A stretch of 64,000 bases of DNA from Candidatus Latescibacterota bacterium (GTDB taxonomy: Bacteria > Latescibacterota > UBA2968 > UBA8231), in contig OZ253462.1 in the NCBI GenBank assembly GCA_965261395.1, forward strand, positions 3,040,001 through 3,104,000. Direction: 5' to 3'. Of the stretch, positions 10,101 to 18,190 are shown piece after piece. The position numbers and the translations under genes are program-made. Every line of letters begins with the position of its first letter. Positions within the stretch are counted from its first letter, which is position 1. The notes beneath the pieces were generated by a model. That model did not search any database. It saw nothing but the letters and a program-made list of their open reading frames with translations, and was not told the origin of the DNA.

Positions 10101-11445
10101 CAGGCCATCGTCCGGCGATTATGTGACTTGGAACGACAGCCGAATCGTGGTTAGGGTTCCGGCTGGGGCACAAAGCGGAGACGTGAAGGTGGCCGTTATA
10201 GGGGCTGGAGTTTCCGGAACCAAGCGCGTTGTAGTGGAGTCCGCCTCCTCTCCTCAAATCACTTCTGTCTCTCCCCGCCAAGTGCAGTACAATCAGGTCG
10301 TGACCGTTATCGGAAGCAACTTCGGCTCGTCGCGGGGGAGTAGTTCGGTGCGAATTGGCTCGGTTGCGATCTCTTCGTTCACCACTTGGTCGAATACCAT
10401 AATCAGGTTTCGCGTTCCCACGAATGTGCGCTCTGGCAATGTCACCGTCCGCACCTCGGCAGGAACGAGCAACGCTATCCGCTTAGAGATAACAAGCCCC
10501 TACTTGGCCAGTGTTTCGCCGAGCAGAGTCAAGCCAGGGGACCGTTTGACACTGACCGGGGCCAATTTCAAGAGTAGCCGGGGGAGCGGTTACGTCCTGT
10601 TCACGCCTAATGTCCGGCCAACGTCCGGCGATTACGTGACTTGGAGCGATAGCCGAATCGTGGTTAGGGTTCCGATTGGGGCGCAAAGCGGAGACGTGAA
10701 GGTCGTCGCTACCGGGTCTCAGTCTTCCGGGACTAAGCGCATTATTGTTGAGGGCGATGAAGGCGAAGTGGTGGAGTCACTGCCGAGTAGAGGACTTTTC
10801 GGCTACAGTCCGCCTGCGGTTACCAAAAATCCCAAAAACGTCAAGTTCGGCCTTGGGGGGGCTAGTCGCGATCTCGCGTGTTATTTTTCGGTAAAGGAAA
10901 TAAGCGATGGCGAAATCGATATTTTTCTTAACGAACAATCTTACGCCTATATTCCAGCGAGCGAGGATTGGACGCATTGGTATATCATCTTAGACCGCGC
11001 AGACCTGCGTTCTGGCACAAACATTATCGAGTTCCGCAATCTCTTCAACCAAAACCGCACCTCATCTTTCGCTCGCTGGCAGTTGAAGGATGTGTGGGTG
11101 GGGGAACCACCACCCAGTGCTAAGCCCGTCGCAGGGGCGCAGCTCTTGTCCAAGTTGCCGGATGGACTGGTTTCCGGCCTAAACGATCCCTTTCCCACGC
11201 CATTCAACGCGGAAGTGACCATCCCTTTTGCCTTGGCCGAGGCCGGCCCCGTGCGGCTTGTCGTCTATAATTTGATGGGACAGCAGGTTCGCGTGTTGGC
11301 CGATGGATGGGTGGATGCTGGCGCGCACAGTATGCGCTGGGACGGTCGTACGGCGGCGGGTGTAGAGGCTGCTTCGGGGGTCTATTGGGCTGTGTTGCAT
11401 GTCGGTGGTGCGGTTCAAACGGCTAAGTTGGCGTTGATTCGCTGA
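7102..11445 (+). CDS. Secreted S8 subtilase paralog with 8 IPT/TIG domains and FlgD-like C-terminal domain
   Basis: Same D/H/S triad; four two-domain repeats; C-terminus nearly identical to 3888..6872. Confidence 0.92.
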   Translation: MKLINRYRIMTALFLGVFGYVPLWGQDIDFTPDRPDGPAKIQSALWELAIPGAAKPTRDLQDTVVVILVPHPGQASASIDTSSLAALGGRVLAQSKSLMRVSVPASSLLAVSELPGVRFVRRPYRPHAQQIIFSEGGNLIKAYDNYFEGVKGQGVKVAVIDGGFKGADELPGNMPDSWRYLDHTSEGIYAGESVHGTACAEIVHDVAPEAELTLLKVGNLVDLENAKDLCIREGIDIINHSMTWYGTGIGDGEGIACDIVDDAADKGILWVNAASNSAKSHYYQPWSDRDSDRWHNFKGDDETIGFEAEKGTEISVYLTWNDWPETRDDYDLYLYFSNSSGELESVDQSTDVQSGSGREPVEWIEYTAERSGQYHILVRKSPDARSRRLKIWSFHRNLDFEYSSPEGSIGIPADAEGAMSVGAIYHDYYNLGRIEDYSSRGPTLDGRIKPELVAPTGVSTVSYAPDGFFGTSAAAPHVAGAAALIKSANPSYSRTQLWDALVDATVDIGPRGRDNDSGYGKLVLPIMQVSANTSPRISSVSPQTVQTNGIVTVSGSNFGSSRGSSSVRIGSVVIPSSAFTSWSSSRIRFRIPVNTPPGNLTVRTSQGTSNAIRLQITSPYLTRISPTRIETGNRLTLTGGNFGDRRSTGYVLFISNVRPSAADYVSWSNSRIVVKVPARARSGNVQVTTSNGTSGTKLLQIESRSPQISSVSPRRVQYNQVVTVTGSNFGSSRGSSTVRIGSVVIPSSSLASWSNTRIRFRVPTNMRSGNVTVRTSTGTSNAIRLEITSPYLASVSPSRVKPGDRLTLTGANFGSRRGSGYVLFAPNARPLASSDYVVWSGSRIVVKVPARARSGDVKVVTGAGTSGGKRIVVESVAPQISSVSPRQVLYNQVVTVTGINFGSSRGSSTVRIGSVVIPSSWLDSWSNTIIRFRVPTNMRSGNLVVRTSKGTSNAILLEIISPYLGSVSPSRVKPGDRLTLTGANFRSSRGSSYVLFAPNVRPSSGDYVTWNDSRIVVRVPAGAQSGDVKVAVIGAGVSGTKRVVVESASSPQITSVSPRQVQYNQVVTVIGSNFGSSRGSSSVRIGSVAISSFTTWSNTIIRFRVPTNVRSGNVTVRTSAGTSNAIRLEITSPYLASVSPSRVKPGDRLTLTGANFKSSRGSGYVLFTPNVRPTSGDYVTWSDSRIVVRVPIGAQSGDVKVVATGSQSSGTKRIIVEGDEGEVVESLPSRGLFGYSPPAVTKNPKNVKFGLGGASRDLACYFSVKEISDGEIDIFLNEQSYAYIPASEDWTHWYIILDRADLRSGTNIIEFRNLFNQNRTSSFARWQLKDVWVGEPPPSAKPVAGAQLLSKLPDGLVSGLNDPFPTPFNAEVTIPFALAEAGPVRLVVYNLMGQQVRVLADGWVDAGAHSMRWDGRTAAGVEAASGVYWAVLHVGGAVQTAKLALIR
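8701..10750 (+). repeat. Intragenic tandem repeat, 4 units of ~515 bp (paired IPT domains)
   Basis: Units begin ~8701, 9214, 9730, 10249 (xPxI[ST]SVSP...SPYL...). Confidence 0.9.
11430..11445 (+). repeat. Direct repeat: subtilase 3' end GGCGTTGATTCGCTGA (also 6857-6872)
   Basis: Matches 12163-12178 at 15/16. Confidence 0.75.
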
Positions 11446-11535
11446 GCCGAATCGTTGTCGCCACCAAGCGGACTTGGGTTGACAACGTGAAAACGACTCT
11501 TGAATCTCCTACATAGTCCTAAAGAGGAGATAATC

Positions 11536-12096
11536 ATGTTTAACGAAGAAAAGGCTACTGAACTCGCTGCTAGCATTCTGTCGTGGGGCGGCTCGATGAA
11601 GTTTATCAAGCTGCTCAAACTCATCTACCTAGCTGATCGCGAGGCGCTGGACCGGGAAGGGCATAGCATCTCCACTGATCGCTGGGTATCGATGAAACAC
11701 GGCCCGGTGCCCATTCAGACGTACAATCTGATACACCAAGAAGACGACCCCGATCGCCATCCTGTGTGGAACCAGTACATCGAGAACCAAGCAGATTACT
11801 GCATCGGTCTAAAGAAAGAGATAGGAATAAACCACCTGTCTGAAGCGGAACAGGCGATCGCCGAGGATATCTGGAAGCAGTACGGCCATCTACCCCCTTG
11901 GGGTTCCAATGGTATCGTCGAGCTTACTCACCGTCTCCCCGAGTGGGAAAATCCCGAAGAAGATCCGCACGGTCCCCAAGCGACACCCATTCCTGTCCGA
12001 CGCATCCTGCTCGCCTTGAAGAAGAGCGACGAAGAAATCCAAGCTATCTTAGAGCTGGAACAGACGGACGCTTGGCTGGATGGGATCTTGGCGTGA
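11536..12096 (+). CDS. Panacea/SocA (DUF4065) family antitoxin
   Basis: KLLKLIYLAD, HGPVP, LTHRLPEW motifs; GAGGAG RBS. Confidence 0.88.
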   Translation: MFNEEKATELAASILSWGGSMKFIKLLKLIYLADREALDREGHSISTDRWVSMKHGPVPIQTYNLIHQEDDPDRHPVWNQYIENQADYCIGLKKEIGINHLSEAEQAIAEDIWKQYGHLPPWGSNGIVELTHRLPEWENPEEDPHGPQATPIPVRRILLALKKSDEEIQAILELEQTDAWLDGILA

Positions 12097-12146
12097 TACG
12101 GGCTGGCACCGTCGTCCAGTCGAAAGTCGAACCCTACCTTGAATAG
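12093..12146 (+). pseudogene. 17-codon ORF coupled to the antitoxin, possibly a toxin remnant
   Basis: GTGA overlap; MIRAGTVVQSKVEPYLE*. Confidence 0.35.
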
Positions 12147-12162
12147 ACGATCTGCCATAGAC

Positions 12163-12178
12163 GGTGTTGATTCGCTGA
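12163..12178 (+). repeat. Orphan copy of the subtilase 3' end (GGTGTTGATTCGCTGA)
   Basis: 13 bp perfect and 15/16 match to 11430-11445, including the stop codon. Confidence 0.75.
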
Positions 12179-12183
12179 ACAGC

Positions 12184-12212
12184 TTGACAGGTGCGAGCGG
12201 CCCTTTTACTTT
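12184..12212 (+). promoter_or_regulatory. sigma70 promoter of the trp/aro operon
   Basis: TTGACA-17 nt-TACTTT. Confidence 0.7.
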
Positions 12213-12221
12213 TGGCTCGTT

Positions 12222-12302
12222 ATGAATTTTTCGCCTTACATTCGTCGCTGGTGGCGCGCTTGGTATTCCCCGATCAGAGAGAAAGGTGCGTCCATCCGCT
12301 AG
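12222..12302 (+). CDS. trpL: Trp attenuation leader peptide MNFSPYIRRWWRAWYSPIREKGASIR
   Basis: 26 aa with tandem TGG-TGG plus a third Trp, located between the promoter and the terminator upstream of trpE. Confidence 0.85.
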   Translation: MNFSPYIRRWWRAWYSPIREKGASIR

Positions 12303-12328
12303 ACTGCGACGAGATGAATTTTCAATCC

Positions 12329-12360
12329 AACGCGGACGCCCTCGGGTGTCCGCGTTTTTT
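12329..12360 (+). terminator. Attenuator terminator
   Basis: AACGCGGACGCC-ctcg-GGTGTCCGCGTT plus T run; upstream GCGTCC (12288-12293) can pair with GGACGC as an antiterminator. Confidence 0.88.
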
Positions 12361-12378
12361 ATGTACTTGGAGAACGCC

Positions 12379-14556
12379 ATGACCATTCACACGGAAACCT
12401 TTCGCACGGCTGGCGGCGTCGAAGTCAAGCGCCAGACCGAGGAATTGTCCATAGAAAGGCCACTAAAGTTCCTGCTCGAACGGCTCAATACCCACCGGGG
12501 TGCCGTCTTTGCCAGCGGCTACGAGTATCCAGGGCGCTATAGCCGCTGGGACATTGGCTTCGTCGATCCGCCGCTGGAGCTGGTGGCGCGTCAGCGCGCC
12601 TTTGCCTTCCGGGCGCTCAACGCACGCGGCGAGATGCTGCTGGAGACCTTTCGCCGCAGCCTCGCCAAGCACGAGCATGTGATGGAGCTGGAGCTAACCG
12701 ATGGCCAGCTCAAAGGCACAGTGGCCCCCATGCCCGAGTACTTCCCCGAAGAGGAGCGCTCCAAGCAGCCGACGATCTTCAGCGTCCTGCGCGCCCTGGT
12801 GGCACAGATGCGAGCCGAGGGCGAAAATCACTTGGGCTTTTACGGGGCGCTGGGCTACGACCTGGTACTCCAGTTTGAGCCGCTCCAACTGCACCATCCG
12901 CGCCGCGAGGACCGACCCGATCTGCACCTTTTTTTGCCAGACGAACTAGTCGTCGTCGATCACCGCAAGGAGCAGGCGCGGCGTTACCGCTATGAATTTG
13001 CCGCCGACGGGTTGTCAACCGAGGGCATGGAGCGAGGCACGGACGCCGTGCCCTATGTGCGCGGCGCGGCAACCGAGATCTCGTGCGACCACGCCCCCGG
13101 GGAATACGCCGACAAGGTGCGCGAGGTCATCGCCGGTACTGAGCGCGGCGACTTCTTTGAGGTGACGCCGAGCCAAGTGCTCAGCGCTGGCTATGCGGGC
13201 AGCCCGCACATCCTCTTTGAGAATATCCGCCGCAATAGCCCCAGTCCCTATGAATTCTTCATCAACCTCGGCGACGAGTATCTGATCGGTGCTTCACCCG
13301 AGATGTTCGTGCGAGTTAGCGGGTCATTCGTCGAGACTTGTCCGATTGCCGGGACCATCGGCCGCGGCAAAACCGTGATGGAGGACGCCGAGCAGATCCG
13401 CGACTTGCTCAACTCAAAAAAGGACGAGGCCGAGCTGAACATGTGTACGGACGTCGACCGCAACGACAAAGCGCGGATTTGCAAGGAAGGCTCGGTGCGG
13501 GTGGTCGGGCGGCGGATGATCGAAAAGTACTCAAAGGTCTTTCACACCGTGGACCAAGTCGTCGGCGAGCTGAAGGACGACTGCGACGGATTCGACGCCC
13601 TGCTTTCGCATATGTGGGCGGTAACGCTGACCGGCGCGCCCAAACCGGCGGCCATGCAGAAGATCGAGGAACTGGAAAACTCGGCGCGGCGCTGGTACGG
13701 CGGCTGCATCGGCATGCTGATGTTTAGCGGCGAGATCAACACCGGGATCACCATCCGCACCGTACACTTGGAGGACGGCATCGCCCGAGTGCGGGTCGGG
13801 GCGACTCTACTCTGCGACTCGGACCCCGACGCCGAGGAGCGCGAAACTCGGGCCAAGGCCGAGACTTTTATCAACGCGGTGACCGGTGCCGCCGACGCCA
13901 AGAAGAAGAGCACCCAAATCGCGACCACCGGGCAGGGCAAGCGGGTACTCTTCGTCGATAACCGCGACTCCTTCGTGCATACGCTCGGCGATTACGTGCG
14001 GCAGACGGGAGCGGAGGTGGTGACGGTGCGCGCCGCGAGGTCGCGCGACGGCAGCGGCGCGCGGGGCCTGCGCGATCCCCAGCGCGTCTTCGCCGAGTTT
14101 GATCCCGATCTGGTCTTCATCTCGCCGGGGCCAGGCACGCCGAGAGAATTTGGAGTGCCGGAGCTGGTCAACGAGTGCGTACGGCGCGCGCTCCCGGTGT
14201 TCGGCGTGTGTCTGGGATTGCAGGGCATCGTCGAGGCTCTCGGTGGCGAGCTAGGGGTGCTTTCCTACCCGATGCACGGCAAGGAATCGACGATCCGCTG
14301 CACGCCGGAAGGAATTTTTGACGGGTTCCCCGCGGAGTTTGTCGCTGGGCGCTACCATTCGCTCTACGCCGTGCCAGAAAAGTTGCCCGAGTGCTTGCAG
14401 GTCTTGGCGCAGACCGACGATGGGGTCATCATGGCCGTGGAGCATCGCGATTTGCCGATAGCGGCCGTGCAGTTTCACCCCGAGTCGATTTTGACGCTCA
14501 AGGGCGATCTCGGCTTGCGGCTGATCGCCCAAGTAATAGGGAGTTTAGCGCGTTGA
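12379..14556 (+). CDS. trpE: Anthranilate synthase, fused TrpE(G)
   Basis: YEYPGRYSRWD, TGAPK, chorismate-binding domain; C-terminal GATase SPGPG, GVCLG, QFHPES. Confidence 0.92.
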   Translation: MTIHTETFRTAGGVEVKRQTEELSIERPLKFLLERLNTHRGAVFASGYEYPGRYSRWDIGFVDPPLELVARQRAFAFRALNARGEMLLETFRRSLAKHEHVMELELTDGQLKGTVAPMPEYFPEEERSKQPTIFSVLRALVAQMRAEGENHLGFYGALGYDLVLQFEPLQLHHPRREDRPDLHLFLPDELVVVDHRKEQARRYRYEFAADGLSTEGMERGTDAVPYVRGAATEISCDHAPGEYADKVREVIAGTERGDFFEVTPSQVLSAGYAGSPHILFENIRRNSPSPYEFFINLGDEYLIGASPEMFVRVSGSFVETCPIAGTIGRGKTVMEDAEQIRDLLNSKKDEAELNMCTDVDRNDKARICKEGSVRVVGRRMIEKYSKVFHTVDQVVGELKDDCDGFDALLSHMWAVTLTGAPKPAAMQKIEELENSARRWYGGCIGMLMFSGEINTGITIRTVHLEDGIARVRVGATLLCDSDPDAEERETRAKAETFINAVTGAADAKKKSTQIATTGQGKRVLFVDNRDSFVHTLGDYVRQTGAEVVTVRAARSRDGSGARGLRDPQRVFAEFDPDLVFISPGPGTPREFGVPELVNECVRRALPVFGVCLGLQGIVEALGGELGVLSYPMHGKESTIRCTPEGIFDGFPAEFVAGRYHSLYAVPEKLPECLQVLAQTDDGVIMAVEHRDLPIAAVQFHPESILTLKGDLGLRLIAQVIGSLAR

Positions 14557-14560
14557 AGAC

Positions 14561-15124
14561 ATGTTGCTGATACTTGATAACTACGACTCCTTTACCTACA
14601 ATTTGGTGCATTATTTAGAGGAATTAGGGGCTGCAACCAAGGTCTTGCGCAACGACCAATTGACGGTCGCCGAAGCGGTTGCACTCGCGCCAGAGCGCGT
14701 CGTTATCTCGCCTGGTCCTGGCGGCCCAGATCAAGCTGGAATTTCGTGTGCGCTCGTCGAGCGGTTGGCCGGTGTGATTCCCATTTTGGGCGTGTGCCTA
14801 GGGCACCAAGTTATCGCCCAAGTTTGCGGCGGGCGCATCGTGCGGGCCGGTGAGATCGTCCACGGTCGCGCGACGCCGGTGCAACACGACGGCCGCACGC
14901 TCTTTGCGGGGTTGCCCAACCCGCTCGTCGCCACCCGCTATCACTCGCTGGCCGTGGAGCAGGAGAGTTTGCCTGAGTGCCTCGAAGTATCGGCCACGAG
15001 TGAGGATGGGACGATCATGGGGATTCGGCACCGGCGATGGCCTCTCGAAGGGGTGCAGTTCCATCCCGAATCGATTTTGACCATAGAAGGCAAACACCTA
15101 CTGGCCAATTTTCTTCGCTTATGA
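14561..15124 (+). CDS. trpG: Stand-alone glutamine amidotransferase (TrpG/PabA)
   Basis: DNYDSFTYNL, ISPGPG, GVCLGHQ, QFHPES. Confidence 0.9.
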   Translation: MLLILDNYDSFTYNLVHYLEELGAATKVLRNDQLTVAEAVALAPERVVISPGPGGPDQAGISCALVERLAGVIPILGVCLGHQVIAQVCGGRIVRAGEIVHGRATPVQHDGRTLFAGLPNPLVATRYHSLAVEQESLPECLEVSATSEDGTIMGIRHRRWPLEGVQFHPESILTIEGKHLLANFLRL

Positions 15125-15135
15125 GGAGCGCAAGC

Positions 15136-16146
15136 ATGATACAAGAAGCTATAAAAGACCTGATCGCCGGAGCGGACTTGGGCCGCGCTAGGACACGGGC
15201 GGTGATGGAGCAGATTATGAGTGGCCAAGCTACGGACGCTCAGATCGGCGCGTTTCTCGTCGCCCTGCGGATCAAGGGCGAGACCATCGACGAGATCGCC
15301 GGTGGCGCCGAAGCCATGCGTGAGAAAGCCACGCCGATAGTGACGGTGCGCCCCGATCTCATCGACACCTGCGGCACCGGTGGCGATGATTCGGGGACCT
15401 TCAATATCTCTACGACGGTAGCCTTTGTCGCTTGTGGTGCCGGCCTAGCGGTGGCCAAACACGGTGCCCGCTCCATATCGAGCCAGTGCGGCTCGGCGGA
15501 CGTGCTAGCCGCGTTAGGGGTCAACGTCGAAGCCACGCCGGAAAAGGTCGGCGAGTGCATCGACGAAGTCGGCATCGGCTTCCTCTTCGCGGTAGCCTTG
15601 CACGGAGCGATGAAACACGCCATTGGTCCGCGCAGGGAGTTAGCTACCCGCACGGTTTTTAACATCTTGGGGCCGCTGACCAATCCGGCCGGGGCCAAAA
15701 GGCAATTGCTCGGCGTGTTCGACGGCGCGTTGACCGAGGCGCTCGCCGGGGTGCTGCGCGAGTTGGGATCGGAGCGGGCCTTGGTGGTACACGGCTCGGA
15801 CGGGCTGGACGAGATCACGCTGACGGGGCCGACGCAGGTCAGCGAGCTTAGAGACGGGCAGATCAGTACGCGCCAGATCCATCCGGAGGATTTTGGCTTG
15901 CAAGTAGTCTCCGCCGAGGCGCTCAAAGGCGGCGACGCGGACTACAATGCGTGCATCCTGCGCGAGGTACTCGACGGCAGGGAGGGGCCGCAGCGCGACG
16001 TGGTGCTGCTCAACGCGGCGGCGGCGATGGTCGTTGGCGGGCTGGCCGAGGATATAACCGCTGGTCTCGAACTGGCCCGAGCGTCCATCGACTCAGGCAA
16101 GGCACGCCAAGCCCTCGATCGGCTGGTCGAGGTAAGCAACTCCTGA
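15136..16146 (+). CDS. trpD: Anthranilate phosphoribosyltransferase
   Basis: DTCGTGGD, FNISTT, KHG, GSADVL. Confidence 0.96.
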   Translation: MIQEAIKDLIAGADLGRARTRAVMEQIMSGQATDAQIGAFLVALRIKGETIDEIAGGAEAMREKATPIVTVRPDLIDTCGTGGDDSGTFNISTTVAFVACGAGLAVAKHGARSISSQCGSADVLAALGVNVEATPEKVGECIDEVGIGFLFAVALHGAMKHAIGPRRELATRTVFNILGPLTNPAGAKRQLLGVFDGALTEALAGVLRELGSERALVVHGSDGLDEITLTGPTQVSELRDGQISTRQIHPEDFGLQVVSAEALKGGDADYNACILREVLDGREGPQRDVVLLNAAAAMVVGGLAEDITAGLELARASIDSGKARQALDRLVEVSNS

Positions 16147-16147
16147 G

Positions 16148-16927
16148 ATGGCGGATATCTTAAGCGAAATAGCCGAGTACAAGCGCGAGTTCGTCGCCGA
16201 CCGCCAGCGTCAGCGCAGTTTGGCCGATGTGCGCGCGCACGCCCGCGACACGCCCGCGCCAGCCGATTTTGCGGGTGCGTTGGCTGCGGACGGGATCGCG
16301 CTGATCGCCGAGGTGAAAAAAGCCTCGCCGTCCAAGGGCGTCATCCGCGCCGACTTCGACCCAGAGTGGATCGCCGATGCGTATGCCGCCAACGGCGCGC
16401 GCTGTCTTTCGGTATTGACGGACGAGGCGTATTTTCAGGGGTGTGATGCTTATGTACAGATGGCTAAAGAGGTTGCGGGCTTGCCGGTGTTGCGCAAGGA
16501 CTTCACCATCGACGAATACCAGCTCTACGAAGCCCGCGTCATCGGTGCCGATGCCATTTTGCTGATCGCAGCACTGATGGACTCCAGCCAGCTCGACGAC
16601 TACCTTGGCCTAGCTGGCGAGTTGGGGTTAGGCGCGCTGGTGGAAGTTCACGACGACGACGAGCTTTTGCGCGCCAAAGTAGCCGGGGCCGGCTTAGTGG
16701 GCATCAACAACCGCGACCTGCGAACTTTTGCGACGACTCTAGAAACCACTTTCGCTCTCTTGCCCCAAGTGCCCAAAGGCGCGGTCGTGGTCAGCGAGAG
16801 CGGAATTGGGGATCGCGGCGATGTGGAGCGGCTTGAGGCTGCGGGCGTCGATGCGATCTTGGTCGGCGAATCCCTGATGCGCGAAGCCGATATCGGGGCT
16901 AAAGTGAGGGAGTTACTAGGCACGTGA
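16148..16927 (+). CDS. trpC: Indole-3-glycerol-phosphate synthase
   Basis: IAEVKKASPSKG, LRKDF, GINNRDL, SESG. Confidence 0.96.
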   Translation: MADILSEIAEYKREFVADRQRQRSLADVRAHARDTPAPADFAGALAADGIALIAEVKKASPSKGVIRADFDPEWIADAYAANGARCLSVLTDEAYFQGCDAYVQMAKEVAGLPVLRKDFTIDEYQLYEARVIGADAILLIAALMDSSQLDDYLGLAGELGLGALVEVHDDDELLRAKVAGAGLVGINNRDLRTFATTLETTFALLPQVPKGAVVVSESGIGDRGDVERLEAAGVDAILVGESLMREADIGAKVRELLGT

Positions 16928-17907
16928 AAAAACGAGTGTTTTCGGGCATTCAGCCTTCGGGCCATATCCATATCGGCAACTACATCGGGGCCGTCCGCAA
17001 TTGGTTGGCCAACCTAGAGGACCGCGACAACATCTTCTGCGTGGTCGATCAGCACGCGATCACCGGGCCCTACGACCCGGAGGCTTTGCGCCGTGGCACG
17101 CGTGAGGCCGTGGCCCTGTACATCGCCTGCGGCCTCGATCCACAAAAGTGCCACCTCTTCGTGCAGTCGCACATTCCGGCGCACACCGAGTTGGCGTGGC
17201 TTTTGACTTGTATCACGCCCATGGGCTGGCTGGAGCGGATGACTCAGTTCAAGGATCGGGTGGGTGCGCGGCGCGAGCGCGTCGGCACGGGGCTGTTCGT
17301 CTATCCGACGTTGATGGCCGCCGATATCCTGCTCTATCAGGCGCACGAGGTGCCCGTCGGCGACGACCAAAAACAGCACGTGGAACTGACGCGCGACATT
17401 GCCGAGCGCTTCAATCGTCAGTTCGGCGAGGTATTCACCGTGCCCGAGCCGGTCATTCCCACGGTTGGTGCGCGGATCATGGGGCTCGACGATCCGACTG
17501 CGAAAATGTCTAAGTCCGCCGAGGGTCGGTTTCACAGCGTCGGCTTGCTCGACGACCCGGATAAGGTGCGCAAGACGATCATGCGCGCGGTGACGGATTC
17601 GCAGCGGGACATTGTCTTCGATCCGCAGCGCCCCGGGCTTTACAACCTGCTGACGATCTATCAGTCGTTGACCGGCCTAGGGCACGCCGAGATCGAGGCA
17701 CATTTTGCCGGCAAGGGGTACGGAGACTTAAAAAAGGAACTGGCCGAAGTGGTCATCGCCGAGATCGAGCCGATCCAGACTCGCTATCGGGAGTTGACGG
17801 CGGATCCCGCATATATCGACGAGGTGCTCAGGCACAGCGTCGAGCAGTTGCGCCCGATCGCGGACGCGACCATGGACGCGGTCCGTCGGGCCATGGGACA
17901 TCGGTAA
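16924..17907 (+). CDS. trpS: Tryptophanyl-tRNA synthetase
   Basis: SGIQPSG, HIGNY, KMSKS. Confidence 0.97.
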   Translation: MKKRVFSGIQPSGHIHIGNYIGAVRNWLANLEDRDNIFCVVDQHAITGPYDPEALRRGTREAVALYIACGLDPQKCHLFVQSHIPAHTELAWLLTCITPMGWLERMTQFKDRVGARRERVGTGLFVYPTLMAADILLYQAHEVPVGDDQKQHVELTRDIAERFNRQFGEVFTVPEPVIPTVGARIMGLDDPTAKMSKSAEGRFHSVGLLDDPDKVRKTIMRAVTDSQRDIVFDPQRPGLYNLLTIYQSLTGLGHAEIEAHFAGKGYGDLKKELAEVVIAEIEPIQTRYRELTADPAYIDEVLRHSVEQLRPIADATMDAVRRAMGHR

Positions 17908-17917
17908 GGGAGAAACT

Positions 17918-18190
17918 GTGGAACTGAGTGACTGGCGCGAACGCATAGATAATATCGACCATCAACTGATTGATCTGCTCAACGAGCGCATGCAGTGCGC
18001 ACAAGAGGTCGGACGGATTAAAAAGGCTGCGGGAAAACCAATACGCGATCCCGAGCGTGAGCTCGATGTGATCGCCAAGATCAAAGCCTACAACCAAGGA
18101 CTCCAAGGGCTGGTTAAGGACGAGGCCCTAGAGGAACTCTACTGGCTGCTCATCGAACTGACCACCAACTTCGAGATCGAGGAGGATTAG
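17918..18190 (+). CDS. Chorismate mutase (AroQ class)
   Basis: RERIDNID..LLNER, GRIK, DPERE. Confidence 0.88.
   Translation: MELSDWRERIDNIDHQLIDLLNERMQCAQEVGRIKKAAGKPIRDPERELDVIAKIKAYNQGLQGLVKDEALEELYWLLIELTTNFEIEED

Noticed and set aside
8701-10750. Repeat array as CRISPR
   Set aside because: Long in-frame coding repeats without spacers; no cas genes. No CRISPR, tRNA or rRNA was recognised anywhere in the window.
6590-11445. Near-identical subtilase 3' ends as a DGR template/variable pair
   Set aside because: No reverse transcriptase, differences are not adenine-specific, and both copies are coding.
12286-12378. Upstream start for trpE
   Set aside because: Spans the attenuator; ATG 12379 has an RBS.
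12314-12382. Second uORF (MNFQ...WRTP*) overlapping the trpE ATG
   Set aside because: No clear RBS, it crosses the terminator, and trpE has its own GGAGA; probably chance.
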